A stretch of 64,000 nt of DNA from a bacterium (GTDB lineage: Bacteria; Patescibacteriota; Minisyncoccia; Minisyncoccales; CG1-02-41-26), in contig JAGGXV010000022.1 of the NCBI GenBank assembly GCA_021162885.1, forward strand, positions 57,571 to 121,570, given 5' to 3'. Below are positions 26,721 through 34,806 of this stretch, piece after piece. Each line of letters opens with the position of its first letter. Position 1 is the first letter of the stretch. The notes below the pieces were generated by a model. That model did no database searches. It was not told the DNA's origin and saw nothing but the letters and a program-made list of their open reading frames with translations. The translations under genes and the position numbers were made by a program.

Positions 26721-27005
26721 TTACACCTTTACCACATCTCCTACCTTAACGGTAGGAGAGTGGCTTTCCACTACCACCCCACCCAATCTTGGGTCAAAAC
26801 ATCCGACCCAAGTAGTGGGGTGGTAGTGGTGAACCAGCGTGGCAAAAAGCCACACTGGTCCCCGCCCCGAGAGGATGACCCCTTTTTGAGGGTTGACCTC
26901 CGGGGCGGATTTCACCACCCCTTCGAGCTCTTGGGGAGTTAAACTCCCCTCGAGCTCAAACCTGACAAGCGTGAATTGCTCACGCTCATCAGGAAAAAAT
27001 TTCAT
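26721..27005 (-). CDS. csx3: Csx3/Crn3 ring nuclease homolog, orphan in this window
   Basis: GVILSGRGPVWL, LVHHYHPT.WV..FDPRLGGVVVESH; ATG at 27005 after AGGAGGTG. Confidence 0.88.
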   Translation of the reverse strand: MKFFPDEREQFTLVRFELEGSLTPQELEGVVKSAPEVNPQKGVILSGRGPVWLFATLVHHYHPTTWVGCFDPRLGGVVVESHSPTVKVGDVVKV

Positions 27006-27092
27006 TTTTCTCACCTCCTTTCCCGAATCCGCAATTTTCATTCCGAACTCGGGAAATTAGGGAAACCCGAGAGTGTAAAGGTTTCCCTTATT

Positions 27093-27704
27093 TTATTTTT
27101 TATTATCACCTCCTTTCCAAACGACAGCATAGGGAGTGAAAAAGTAATCTGCTTCCCATCCGCCGTCGTAATTAATGTCCCCAAACCTTTTCTTCCCCAT
27201 ATAGGCAATATGCCTCAGGGGATTAAATTTTTCCGGTTTGGGTTTTATCAGCTTCCGCCCTATCCAATTCTGTCCACAAATCCACCGGTCAGCTTCTACC
27301 CAACTGTAAGCCACAACTTCAGCCCAGTTCACTTCCACAATCTGCCAGTTCACTTCCGGGTACTCTTCCTTTACCTTAGGAAAATCAGCTGCTTTTATTG
27401 CCCAGCCCCAGACTCCAGTATCTAGTACCCGCTCCGCTTGAGAATTATCGTAATTAGGATTCCGAATGAACAACAAATCCATCAGGGGACAAATCACATC
27501 TTTCCAGCCAGCAGTGGGTAGTTTCTTCCAGTTGCAGATCGGCATTCCTAACTTGCCACTCTTTTCTCCACAAATCACACATTTCCAATACACCGTTCTC
27601 CGATCAGCACAGTCCCGATAGCATCCTGCATTAACCCACGGACATTCCCCATACCTTAATGCCTTTAAGACATGGGTATGGGTTACCCCAACTTTTTTTT
27701 TCAT
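27093..27704 (-). CDS. Cys/Trp-rich hypothetical protein (island)
   Basis: CPW...C...C, CVIC and further Cys; GGAGGTG upstream. Confidence 0.7.
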   Translation of the reverse strand: MKKKVGVTHTHVLKALRYGECPWVNAGCYRDCADRRTVYWKCVICGEKSGKLGMPICNWKKLPTAGWKDVICPLMDLLFIRNPNYDNSQAERVLDTGVWGWAIKAADFPKVKEEYPEVNWQIVEVNWAEVVAYSWVEADRWICGQNWIGRKLIKPKPEKFNPLRHIAYMGKKRFGDINYDGGWEADYFFTPYAVVWKGGDNKK

Positions 27705-27785
27705 CTTTCTCACCTCCCTCCAGCCAACTATTTCTAATTAACTAAAGGGAGGCGAGAAATTCCATATTCAATTTTCAAACAACAT

Positions 27786-27926
27786 CCAGTCTCCTAAACC
27801 CAGAATAATTAACATTTCGGCGCGATCGTGCCCATTTGTTAATGATTATTTCTTGTTTTAATTTTGTAACAAATCTCTGCGATCGTAAGATTTTGTTACA
27901 CTTTATTCCGAACTTGGGAGATTGGG
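27786..27926. repeat. Imperfect terminal inverted repeat enclosing two 36-nt CGATCG palindromes
   Basis: CCAGTCTCCTAAACCCAGAATA...TATTCCGAACTTGGGAGATTGG; palindromes at 27808-27843 and 27865-27900. Confidence 0.75.
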
Positions 27927-27962
27927 GAACTTAATAAGTTGTGCCTCCTTTCAGTTCCCCGG

Positions 27963-28346
27963 TTATCTATTGTTGAGAGTGCGGCGAGTCCAGTGGGGCT
28001 TCCGAAATTTTTTTACCGCTGGAAAATTCTGGAGAATTTTTTCCACTCGAGCGAGAAACTCTTTCACCAGTTCCTGCCCATTTCCATTTCGAAAAGCAAC
28101 TTCAAGCTCTGTTCCGCTCATCCACATCGGGATAATTCCTCTCTGAAGCGAATCCATTCCTTTTCCATTGAGAATCGCTTTTCTATTCACTGAGAATTGA
28201 ATCGGAAGCCAACTTCCATCGTGTCGAACCCAGAAATCTACCTTGAATTTTTCGTCTTCTGCTCGAGTAGCCCGTCGAACCTCAGTCCCGTTGCGATCCA
28301 GAAGCTCAACCATCCATTCCTCGGCCTTCAAACCGAACTTTTTCAT
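27963..28346 (-). CDS. Hypothetical protein, possible PD-(D/E)xK-like nuclease fold
   Basis: G..AE helix, AT..ED....VDFWV, LPIQFS; GGAGGTG upstream. Confidence 0.55.
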   Translation of the reverse strand: MKKFGLKAEEWMVELLDRNGTEVRRATRAEDEKFKVDFWVRHDGSWLPIQFSVNRKAILNGKGMDSLQRGIIPMWMSGTELEVAFRNGNGQELVKEFLARVEKILQNFPAVKKFRKPHWTRRTLNNR

Positions 28347-28468
28347 CCTTTCTCACCTCCCTTTCTTCTTTCTCAATCCCCTACCTTGTAAGGGACTAAG
28401 AAAGAAAAGGGATGGACTTTGAATTGAGTGCTTCTCTCCAGCCATCCCTTCTGGAGAGAGTTATTGAG

Positions 28469-29083
28469 TTACCATTTTCCGTTGAAAGGGTACACTTTCT
28501 CCACCCGGACATGAGAGAATAACTTAGTATTCTCTAGTCGATCCAAGGTATCCATTAGAATTTCAACCGGTTTCTTTAGGGGTTCCTTCCCAATCCAGTC
28601 ATTACCCAATTCTACAATCGCCCGCACGTAATAGGATTCCGGAGACCAAGTTTGCAAGCCCTTGGCTTCTAATCTATCCGCTGCTTCCTGATCTATCCCG
28701 ACAGACAAATTCATAAGCAAATTGCCATCGGAATTACAATATAGAAACCACTTGAAAGGATTCCCTCTATAGAATCCAGTGCCATATCCGAACCTTCTCG
28801 CCCATGCATGTTTTCCGTCCTCTTCATAAGAACTCTCGAACCTTGTCTCGCACAACTGGAAAAAACTCTCCTGTGCCTTCAATGTATACAGTTCTCCCCG
28901 CAACACCCCAGCTTCATTTTTAATCTTTACCACTTCATTTTCCAGTTCTATTCTTGCAGTTTCCAGAATCTCCACCTTTCCCTTCCATCTCTCCACTTCT
29001 TTCTGAAGAGAAGAGATATAGAATGCTCCGACTGCCACAACGACAGCCAATCCAACTGCCAGACCAATCATACCCTTAGTCAT
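28469..29083 (-). CDS. Membrane-anchored coiled-coil hypothetical protein (first gene of the island)
   Basis: N-terminal TM, heptad region and globular C-terminus; AGGAGG upstream. Confidence 0.75.
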   Translation of the reverse strand: MTKGMIGLAVGLAVVVAVGAFYISSLQKEVERWKGKVEILETARIELENEVVKIKNEAGVLRGELYTLKAQESFFQLCETRFESSYEEDGKHAWARRFGYGTGFYRGNPFKWFLYCNSDGNLLMNLSVGIDQEAADRLEAKGLQTWSPESYYVRAIVELGNDWIGKEPLKKPVEILMDTLDRLENTKLFSHVRVEKVYPFNGKW

Positions 29084-29099
29084 ACCTTTCCTCCTAATT

Positions 29100-29910
29100 T
29101 TTATTCTCCTTCTATTTTAGCAAGGAGTGCACCGCGCACTTTCGGCCAACAACTTACTTTTGGACAGCAAGTGTTGGTTGGCGCGTCCGCCGATGAAAGT
29201 GCACGGGCGCACTCATTACTAAGGTTGAGAGGGGCGGAGGCGAGCGAAATTCACTTTTCTTCTCCTCGGAGAGAAAAGTCAACCTCACTCCTTATTTACG
29301 TCCCTTAGCGGGAAACCTCACATTACATTTACCCCTGATTGCCGCAACCTGTCTTTTAAGGTACTGACTCTCTCCTCTGAGAGAAGGATGGAGGAGAATT
29401 GATTAGGAACTGAGGAAGATTGAGGCCAAAATTTTTAATCTCCTAAGGGAGGGGCTTGCCTTCTTCCTCAAAGCCATTTTATTGCCTACCGAGTAAGGGC
29501 ACACAAAGCCACAAACCAAGCCAGGCATTTTAGCTCACATTCCGCTTTCAGCGAAATGACTCTCTCCTCCATCCTTCTCCCCCAGAAGTTTTTCAACCTC
29601 CGGAAGAGTTCCTTATTAAGTTGGAAGGTGCTTTCTCCTCAAAATTCTTTGAATTTTGAGGACCCCACTTTCGCCAGCGACTCCTTCCGCTTTTAGCGGG
29701 AGTCGTGCTCGCTGGCGGCCAAAGGAGACTTATCTCCTTTGGAATTCTTTTTTTTAAACAAACAGGCGGCTCTCGGAGAGAGCCGCCTGTTTGCTAAATT
29801 TTCGTTATAAAGCTCTATAACGAACGGCTTTTTTTCCGCCACGCTTTTACCGCGCGACGACTCTCTCCTCTGCCCCGTTAGATACGAAGTTATCTAACTG
29901 GGGTCTTTTT
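29100..29910 (-). ncRNA. Candidate long structured RNA or leader (~0.8 kb)
   Basis: No minus-strand ORF in the track; many strong hairpins; GAGGAGAGAGTC three times; directly downstream of three promoters. Confidence 0.55.
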
Positions 29911-29962
29911 TTTTATTTTTATTTAATTTGGAAGAGCTTTTTTATTTTCTCCAGACACTTAC

Positions 29963-30140
29963 ATTATAGCATATCGTTAAATTCTTGTCAAGAGGTTTGA
30001 AGGAATTTTCATCTTTTTGCAACCGCTTTAATTATAGTATATTTTCATATTCTTGTCAAGGACATTTGCATTCTTTCAACAAATTTCTTCTCACACTCTC
30101 AGACATTTTTAATTATAGCAAATTGAATTAGTTTTGTCAA
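29963..30140 (-). promoter_or_regulatory. Three tandem perfect-consensus sigma70 promoters
   Basis: TTGACA-17 nt-TATAAT at 29963-29991, 30031-30059 and 30112-30140; the first and third also have the TG extension. Confidence 0.9.
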
Positions 30141-30152
30141 GAGCTAAACAAC

Positions 30153-30759
30153 TTATTTATTAATTAAAACCAAATCTGCGTATTTTTTCTGAGGTGCAAC
30201 AAATTTTTTGTGCATTCTTAACGCTCTTTAGCCATTGCCAAAGAACGCTCTCTTTCGTTCTTCCTCTTTCTTTAATGTCTCGATTCATTCTTCTTTGAAG
30301 CCGTAATTTTTCGGGAGCTTCCACAAACACTTTAAGATCAAGTTCTCCTCTCAAAGCCCTATTTAAAGCAAATAACCCCTCAACAATTATCACTTTTGAG
30401 GGGAAATAACTCTCATACCTCACTCTTTTGCGAATAACAAAATTATAAACTGGCTTTCTTATTACCTTACCTTTTTTCAAAAGTTTAAGATGTTTTTTTA
30501 ACAAACTCATCTCAAAAGCCGAGGGACAGTCAAAATTTCTATCTTTCATCTTATCAATTCCAATATAATAGTCATCCATTAGAAAAATTTTAGCCCCTGT
30601 AGCTTTTGAAATGGCTACCGCTACATATCCCTTTCCTGAACCAGAACCTCCAGCAATTCCAATAATAACTACTCCTTTTCCTTTTTCTATTAGTTCTTTT
30701 ATGGAATCTATGATTTTATTAATTCCCTGTTTTAGATTAAATATTTTTTTCTTCCTCAT
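30153..30759 (-). pseudogene. udk: Uridine kinase with a frameshift near the C-terminus
   Basis: IGIAGGSGSGK, DDYY, NFDCP, IIVEGLFAL, RDIKERGR; the conserved tail MHKKFVAPQKKYADLVL lies in another frame from 30215. Confidence 0.8.
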
Positions 30760-30794
30760 GAAACCTCACTCAGTTTTTTCTTTTGTTTCTTCCT

Positions 30795-31370
30795 TCACCT
30801 CTTTTTTTCCTTATCTTCAGAGGGAGCACTCGCTTTCAGGATGGTATCTGGTGTTTCAGCGGAAGCTTCAGCAGCGACGGATTTCTTCTCTTCTTTCGGC
30901 TCTTCCTCTTGTTTCTCTTTCTGGGTTTTTGGTTGTTTTGGTGGAGTTTTTTCTTCTTTCACCTCTTCTTTTGGTTGCTCTTCTTCCTTTTTTTCCTTTT
31001 CTGGTTCTTTCGATGCCTCTCCAGATGGCACCTCTTTCCCTTTTTCTTCAGTTTCTCTGGCTTCAGCTTTTTCCTCTTTTGCTGCCTCTTTTTCTTTCTT
31101 TTTTGACTTTTTATGAACATCTATTTTCTTTCCTTTAATAATCCCCTCCTTTACTAATAAATTATGAACACTTTCAGATGGTTGAGCGCCAACACCTAAC
31201 CAATGTTTAATGCGTTCTGCCTTCAATTTTTTCTCTTTAGTTAGAGGATTAAAAAATCCAAGAATTTCCAAAAACCTGCCACCTCTTGGTGGATTCTTTT
31301 TGTCGGTAACCACTATTCTGAAAAATGGCTGATTCTTTTTTCCAGTGCGTAAGAAACGAATGACTAACAT
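30795..31370 (-). CDS. rpsP: 30S ribosomal protein bS16 with a long charged C-terminal tail
   Basis: MLVIRF.RTGKKNQPFFRIVV, EILGFFNP, GAQPSESV. Confidence 0.96.
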   Translation of the reverse strand: MLVIRFLRTGKKNQPFFRIVVTDKKNPPRGGRFLEILGFFNPLTKEKKLKAERIKHWLGVGAQPSESVHNLLVKEGIIKGKKIDVHKKSKKKEKEAAKEEKAEARETEEKGKEVPSGEASKEPEKEKKEEEQPKEEVKEEKTPPKQPKTQKEKQEEEPKEEKKSVAAEASAETPDTILKASAPSEDKEKKR

Positions 31371-31376
31371 AGCTAA

Positions 31377-31537
31377 TAATTTTCAACTTACAATTTTCAA
31401 CTTACAATTTTCAATTTTCAATCAAGCTCCAATTTTCCAATTTTCAATGAAATTCACTCCGAGATTAGCAAAGAACTGTTTGAAAATTGGGTAATTGAAA
31501 ATTCATTGATAATTGGTCATTGAAAATTGATAATTTA
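31377..31537. repeat. Heptamer inverted-repeat element, empty form
   Basis: (AATTTTC)n-type left arm and (GAAAATT)n-type right arm around a short spacer. Confidence 0.85.
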
Positions 31538-31539
31538 AT

Positions 31540-32259
31540 CTACCAATTTTTAACTTTTAAAGCTTCTCGAGCTGCTGCTTCTTCTGCTTCCTGTTTCGAA
31601 CTTCCCTCTCCTTCAGCAACCAATTCCTCTCCCAAAAAAACTCCAACCACAAAATGTTTGGCATGGTCAGGCCCCCATTCTTTCAAAACTTTATAGGTTG
31701 GAGTAATTCTCACTCTCTCTTGAGCCTCTTCTTGAAATCTCGATTTGGCATCTCGCCAACCTCCTTCTTTTAAAATCTTGGATAGCTGGTTAATCAAATG
31801 AGTTTCTATAAATTCCCGAACCTTTCCCAACCCTTGGTCAAGATAAAAAGCCCCTAAAAATGCCTCAAAAGTGTTTGCTAAAATATATTCTCTGGCTTTC
31901 CCGGTATCTTTTGCTTCACCGCGAGAAAGCAAAAGATATTCTTCAAAACCAAGTTTCTTTGCCGTTCCAGCTAAACTTTGAGCGTTAACCAAGGCCGCTC
32001 GCCAATTGGTCAATTCACCCTCAGACCTTTTTGGATATTTCTGATAAAGATATTCTGTAACAATTAGTTCTAAAACCGCATCTCCTAAAAACTCCAATCT
32101 TTCATTGTGGGGTAGCGAAAACTTTGGGTTTTCGTTTAAATAAGACCTATGGACGAATGCTTGTTTTAATAAATCCTTATTTTTAAATTCAATGCTTAAT
32201 TTCTTTTCAAGTCTTTTGAAATCTGACACAAAATTTCTGTAACGTCCAACATATAACAC
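31540..32259 (-). CDS. rnc: Ribonuclease III
   Basis: HRSYLNE, NERLEFLGDAVL, dsRBD with GPDH.K.F and G.G.SKQEAE; start probably GTG at 32229. Confidence 0.97.
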   Translation of the reverse strand: MLYVGRYRNFVSDFKRLEKKLSIEFKNKDLLKQAFVHRSYLNENPKFSLPHNERLEFLGDAVLELIVTEYLYQKYPKRSEGELTNWRAALVNAQSLAGTAKKLGFEEYLLLSRGEAKDTGKAREYILANTFEAFLGAFYLDQGLGKVREFIETHLINQLSKILKEGGWRDAKSRFQEEAQERVRITPTYKVLKEWGPDHAKHFVVGVFLGEELVAEGEGSSKQEAEEAAAREALKVKNW

Positions 32260-32307
32260 AAGGAAGATTGAATTTTATCTTGGGTTACAAGTTACACGTT
32301 ACAAGTT

Positions 32308-32733
32308 TTACAAATTCTTTTCCATTTCTTTGTAAATAGCGCCCAACACCCCATTAACAAATCTTCCCGAGCTCTCTGAACCAAAACTTTTGGCTAACTC
32401 AATTGCCTCGTTTATAGCAACTTTTGGCGGCACTTCTTTTTTATCGCCAAACAAAAGTTCAAAAAGCCCAATTCTTAAAATATTTCTATCAACAATGCCT
32501 AACTGTTCAACTGGTCGTTCGGGAGCCGCCTTTTCAATAATTTTATTAATCTTGGTAAAATTTTTGACTATTCCTTTAGAAAGCCTGTTGATAAAATTTT
32601 TTTCATCAAAATCGCCACCGAATTTTTCAATATTTCTTTTGACAATCTTACTCAAATCAGAAGTCCGGTGGTAAAAATCCCACTCAAACAATGATTGCAA
32701 AACAATAGAACGTGCTAAATGACGCGATGCCAT
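32308..32733 (-). CDS. nusB: Transcription antitermination factor NusB
   Basis: [40 protein letters not shown]. Confidence 0.96.
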   Translation of the reverse strand: MASRHLARSIVLQSLFEWDFYHRTSDLSKIVKRNIEKFGGDFDEKNFINRLSKGIVKNFTKINKIIEKAAPERPVEQLGIVDRNILRIGLFELLFGDKKEVPPKVAINEAIELAKSFGSESSGRFVNGVLGAIYKEMEKNL

Positions 32734-32783
32734 AAATTTAATTATCAATTTTCAAGCACCAATGAAGCTCCAACTTCCAATTT

Positions 32784-32955
32784 TCAAACCTTGTTTTTGC
32801 TTGATTTCATAATGCTTGAAAACAATCTATTCTCTCATCTTTTTGTTGATGCTGTTATCTGGTATTTTTTTCATAAGTTCGATTACTGCTTCGACAAACC
32901 TTGAGGTTTTTTCCTCTAAATTATAGTTTTTGGAATTTGGTACTTGAGATTTCAC
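32784..32955 (-). pseudogene. Internally deleted four-helix-bundle protein gene inside heptamer arms
   Basis: 32955-32827 reads VKSQVPNSKNYNLEEKTSRFVEAVIELMKKIPDNSINKKMRE*, followed by LFSSIMKSSKNKV*. These resemble, from memory of the family, the N- and C-termini of TIGR02436-type proteins. Confidence 0.65.
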
Positions 32956-32984
32956 TGAAAATTAAAATTTAAAAATTGAAAATT

Positions 32985-33284
32985 TTAAAACTTTTTCTGT
33001 GATAACTCCTCTAAGGTCAATGGTCTCTCTTTTTCTTTGCCTTTTTCCTTTCTTTCTCTTTCTTTTATTTCTTTTTCCCGCTTTTTTCGCTCTTTCTTTT
33101 CAAGCTTTTTCAAAACATCAATAACCTCCACCCTCTTATAATAACCACAGTTTGGACAAACGGTGTGGGGACGAGTTGGCTTGCCACACTTTGGACAGGT
33201 AACAAGAGAGGGAGATTTTAAAAAAATGTGCATCCTTCTTTTATTCCTCTTCGATTTTGTCGTATGTTTTTTGGGTACAGCCAT
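32985..33284 (-). CDS. rpmF: 50S ribosomal protein bL32
   Basis: MAVPKK, CPKCG...PHTVCPNCGYY. Confidence 0.96.
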   Translation of the reverse strand: MAVPKKHTTKSKRNKRRMHIFLKSPSLVTCPKCGKPTRPHTVCPNCGYYKRVEVIDVLKKLEKKERKKREKEIKERERKEKGKEKERPLTLEELSQKKF

Positions 33285-33326
33285 ATAACCACTTTAACAA
33301 ATGTTAAAAATTTTTCAAGGGTTGCT

Positions 33327-33445
33327 AATTTTCAATTTACAATTTACAATTTTCAATCAAATCCCAATTTTCAATTTTCAATTATCGTTTGAAAATTAAA
33401 TCATTAAAAATTCATTGAAAATTGGTCATTGAAAATTGAGAATTT
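33327..33445. repeat. Heptamer inverted-repeat element, empty form; supplies the rnhB stop codon
   Basis: Same arm blocks as 31377 (CAATCAA..CCCAATTTTC / AATTCATTGAAAATTGGTCATTGAAAATTGA). Confidence 0.85.
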
Positions 33446-34070
33446 CCTTCACCGGCCTGAATGTTTTTCGGTGTATCTTGCAAGGGCCATATTTTTTTAA
33501 CATTTTAAAATGCAATTTCGTTCCATAACCCTTGTGTTTATCAAAGCGATATTGAGGATATTTTTTATGATATCTCAACATTGCTCTGTCTCTGGTAACT
33601 TTAGCCACAATAGAGGCAAGTTTTATCAGAAACACTTTTTCATCGCCTTTTATAATTGACTTTTGAGGAAATTGCGAATCTATCCTAAAATTTCCATCAA
33701 TCAACAAAAATTTTTCTCTCGTTAAATCATTGCTATAGCAGTAATTCGACGATAGTTTTTTCTCTAAATTTTTTACTGCTTTTTTCATTGCTAATTTTGT
33801 CGCTTTGAAAATATTTATTTTATCTATCACCTTCTCAGAAACCCGTCCTATCCCCCACTCAATCTCTGGTGATTTTTTTAAAATCTCAAAAATCTCTTGC
33901 CGTTTTTTAGGACTAAGTTTTTTTGAGTCCTTCAACGTATTTGAAAATTGAAAATTGAAAATTGAAAATTTCTGGGCTGTAATTGCACAAGCAATTACCA
34001 GGCCAGCTAATGATCCTCTCCCTGATTCATCGATTCCCATAATTATTTTCTTTTTGTATTTGCAATACAT
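33426..34070 (-). CDS. rnhB: Ribonuclease HII
   Basis: GIDESGRG, DSKKL, LIDGN, IKGD, ASIVAKVTRD, HKGYGT, IHRKTF. Confidence 0.96.
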   Translation of the reverse strand: MYCKYKKKIIMGIDESGRGSLAGLVIACAITAQKFSIFNFQFSNTLKDSKKLSPKKRQEIFEILKKSPEIEWGIGRVSEKVIDKINIFKATKLAMKKAVKNLEKKLSSNYCYSNDLTREKFLLIDGNFRIDSQFPQKSIIKGDEKVFLIKLASIVAKVTRDRAMLRYHKKYPQYRFDKHKGYGTKLHFKMLKKYGPCKIHRKTFRPVKEILNFQ

Positions 34071-34114
34071 TTTAGAAAAAAGTATAATATATTAATTTAT
34101 TATACCAGAGTTAA

Positions 34115-34786
34115 ATGGCAGATAAAAACATACTCTCTCAGATCGACATCGAAGAGGAAATAAGAAAAGCAGAATTTGAGGGAAGAGAAACGAATTTCAG
34201 GGGAAAAGTCCTTTCCTCACTTTCTCTTTCAGAAAGAACAATCGACACCGGCTTGGATCTGAGTGGAGCGGTCATTTTGGGCTCAGTTTCTTTTGAAGGA
34301 ACAACCATCAAGGGCAATTTAAATTTTAACCAGGCTATTATCAGAGAATCATTTTATTTTGGCTCAGCAGTCCTTAATGGAGATTTGAATTTAAAAGGAA
34401 CGGTCGTTAAGGGAGTAATCAATCTGGTTGGAGCTAAAATAAAAGGTAATTTGAATTTTGAGGAATTAAAAGTAACTGGCTTTTTAAGTTTGGCTAAAAC
34501 CCAGGTTGGTAGAGACGTTAATCTTCAAGGAATAAAAGTTAACGATTCTTACCACTCGGGATTAATCGTTAAGGGGGATGTTTATTTAAGAGAAGCCGTA
34601 ATTAACGGAAGTTTTCAGTTAAATAATTCTTTTGTTGAAGGATCTTTGGATATGCTCAGAGCTTTTATTGGCAGCGACGTTGATTTGACAGGAGTTAATA
34701 TTCAGGAGTTTTTGGTTTTGAAAGAAACTGACATCAAAGGTGAATTAAACTTAACCAAAGCAAAATATAAAGAATTGGTAAAATAA
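34115..34786 (+). CDS. Beta-solenoid (pentapeptide-like) repeat protein
   Basis: Repeated L.GA.I.G.L.F units of about 11 aa. Confidence 0.75.
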   Translation: MADKNILSQIDIEEEIRKAEFEGRETNFRGKVLSSLSLSERTIDTGLDLSGAVILGSVSFEGTTIKGNLNFNQAIIRESFYFGSAVLNGDLNLKGTVVKGVINLVGAKIKGNLNFEELKVTGFLSLAKTQVGRDVNLQGIKVNDSYHSGLIVKGDVYLREAVINGSFQLNNSFVEGSLDMLRAFIGSDVDLTGVNIQEFLVLKETDIKGELNLTKAKYKELVK

Positions 34787-34806
34787 GAGAAAATAATCAT
34801 AAAATT

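Noticed and set aside
23965-28410. Integron attC sites
   Set aside because: I could not find consistent RYYYAAC/GTTRRRY ends, and no intI is present; a formal scan is still advisable.
29100-29910. RNase P RNA, tmRNA or glycine riboswitch
   Set aside because: GAGGAGAGAGTC only resembles GAGGAAAGTCC; the P4 partner, tRNA-like ends and the CCGAAG motif were not found.
22930-30150. CRISPR array associated with csx3
   Set aside because: No equal-length direct repeats with regular unique spacers are seen.
22930-30150. Prophage or IS element
   Set aside because: No integrase, transposase, terminase or structural gene is recognisable, and no att duplication is seen at the borders.
30611-31138. Hydrophobic plus-strand ORFs opposite rpsP (likewise opposite rplL, the Clp ATPase and 39971..41254)
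   Set aside because: Antisense shadows of Lys/Glu-rich coding sequence.
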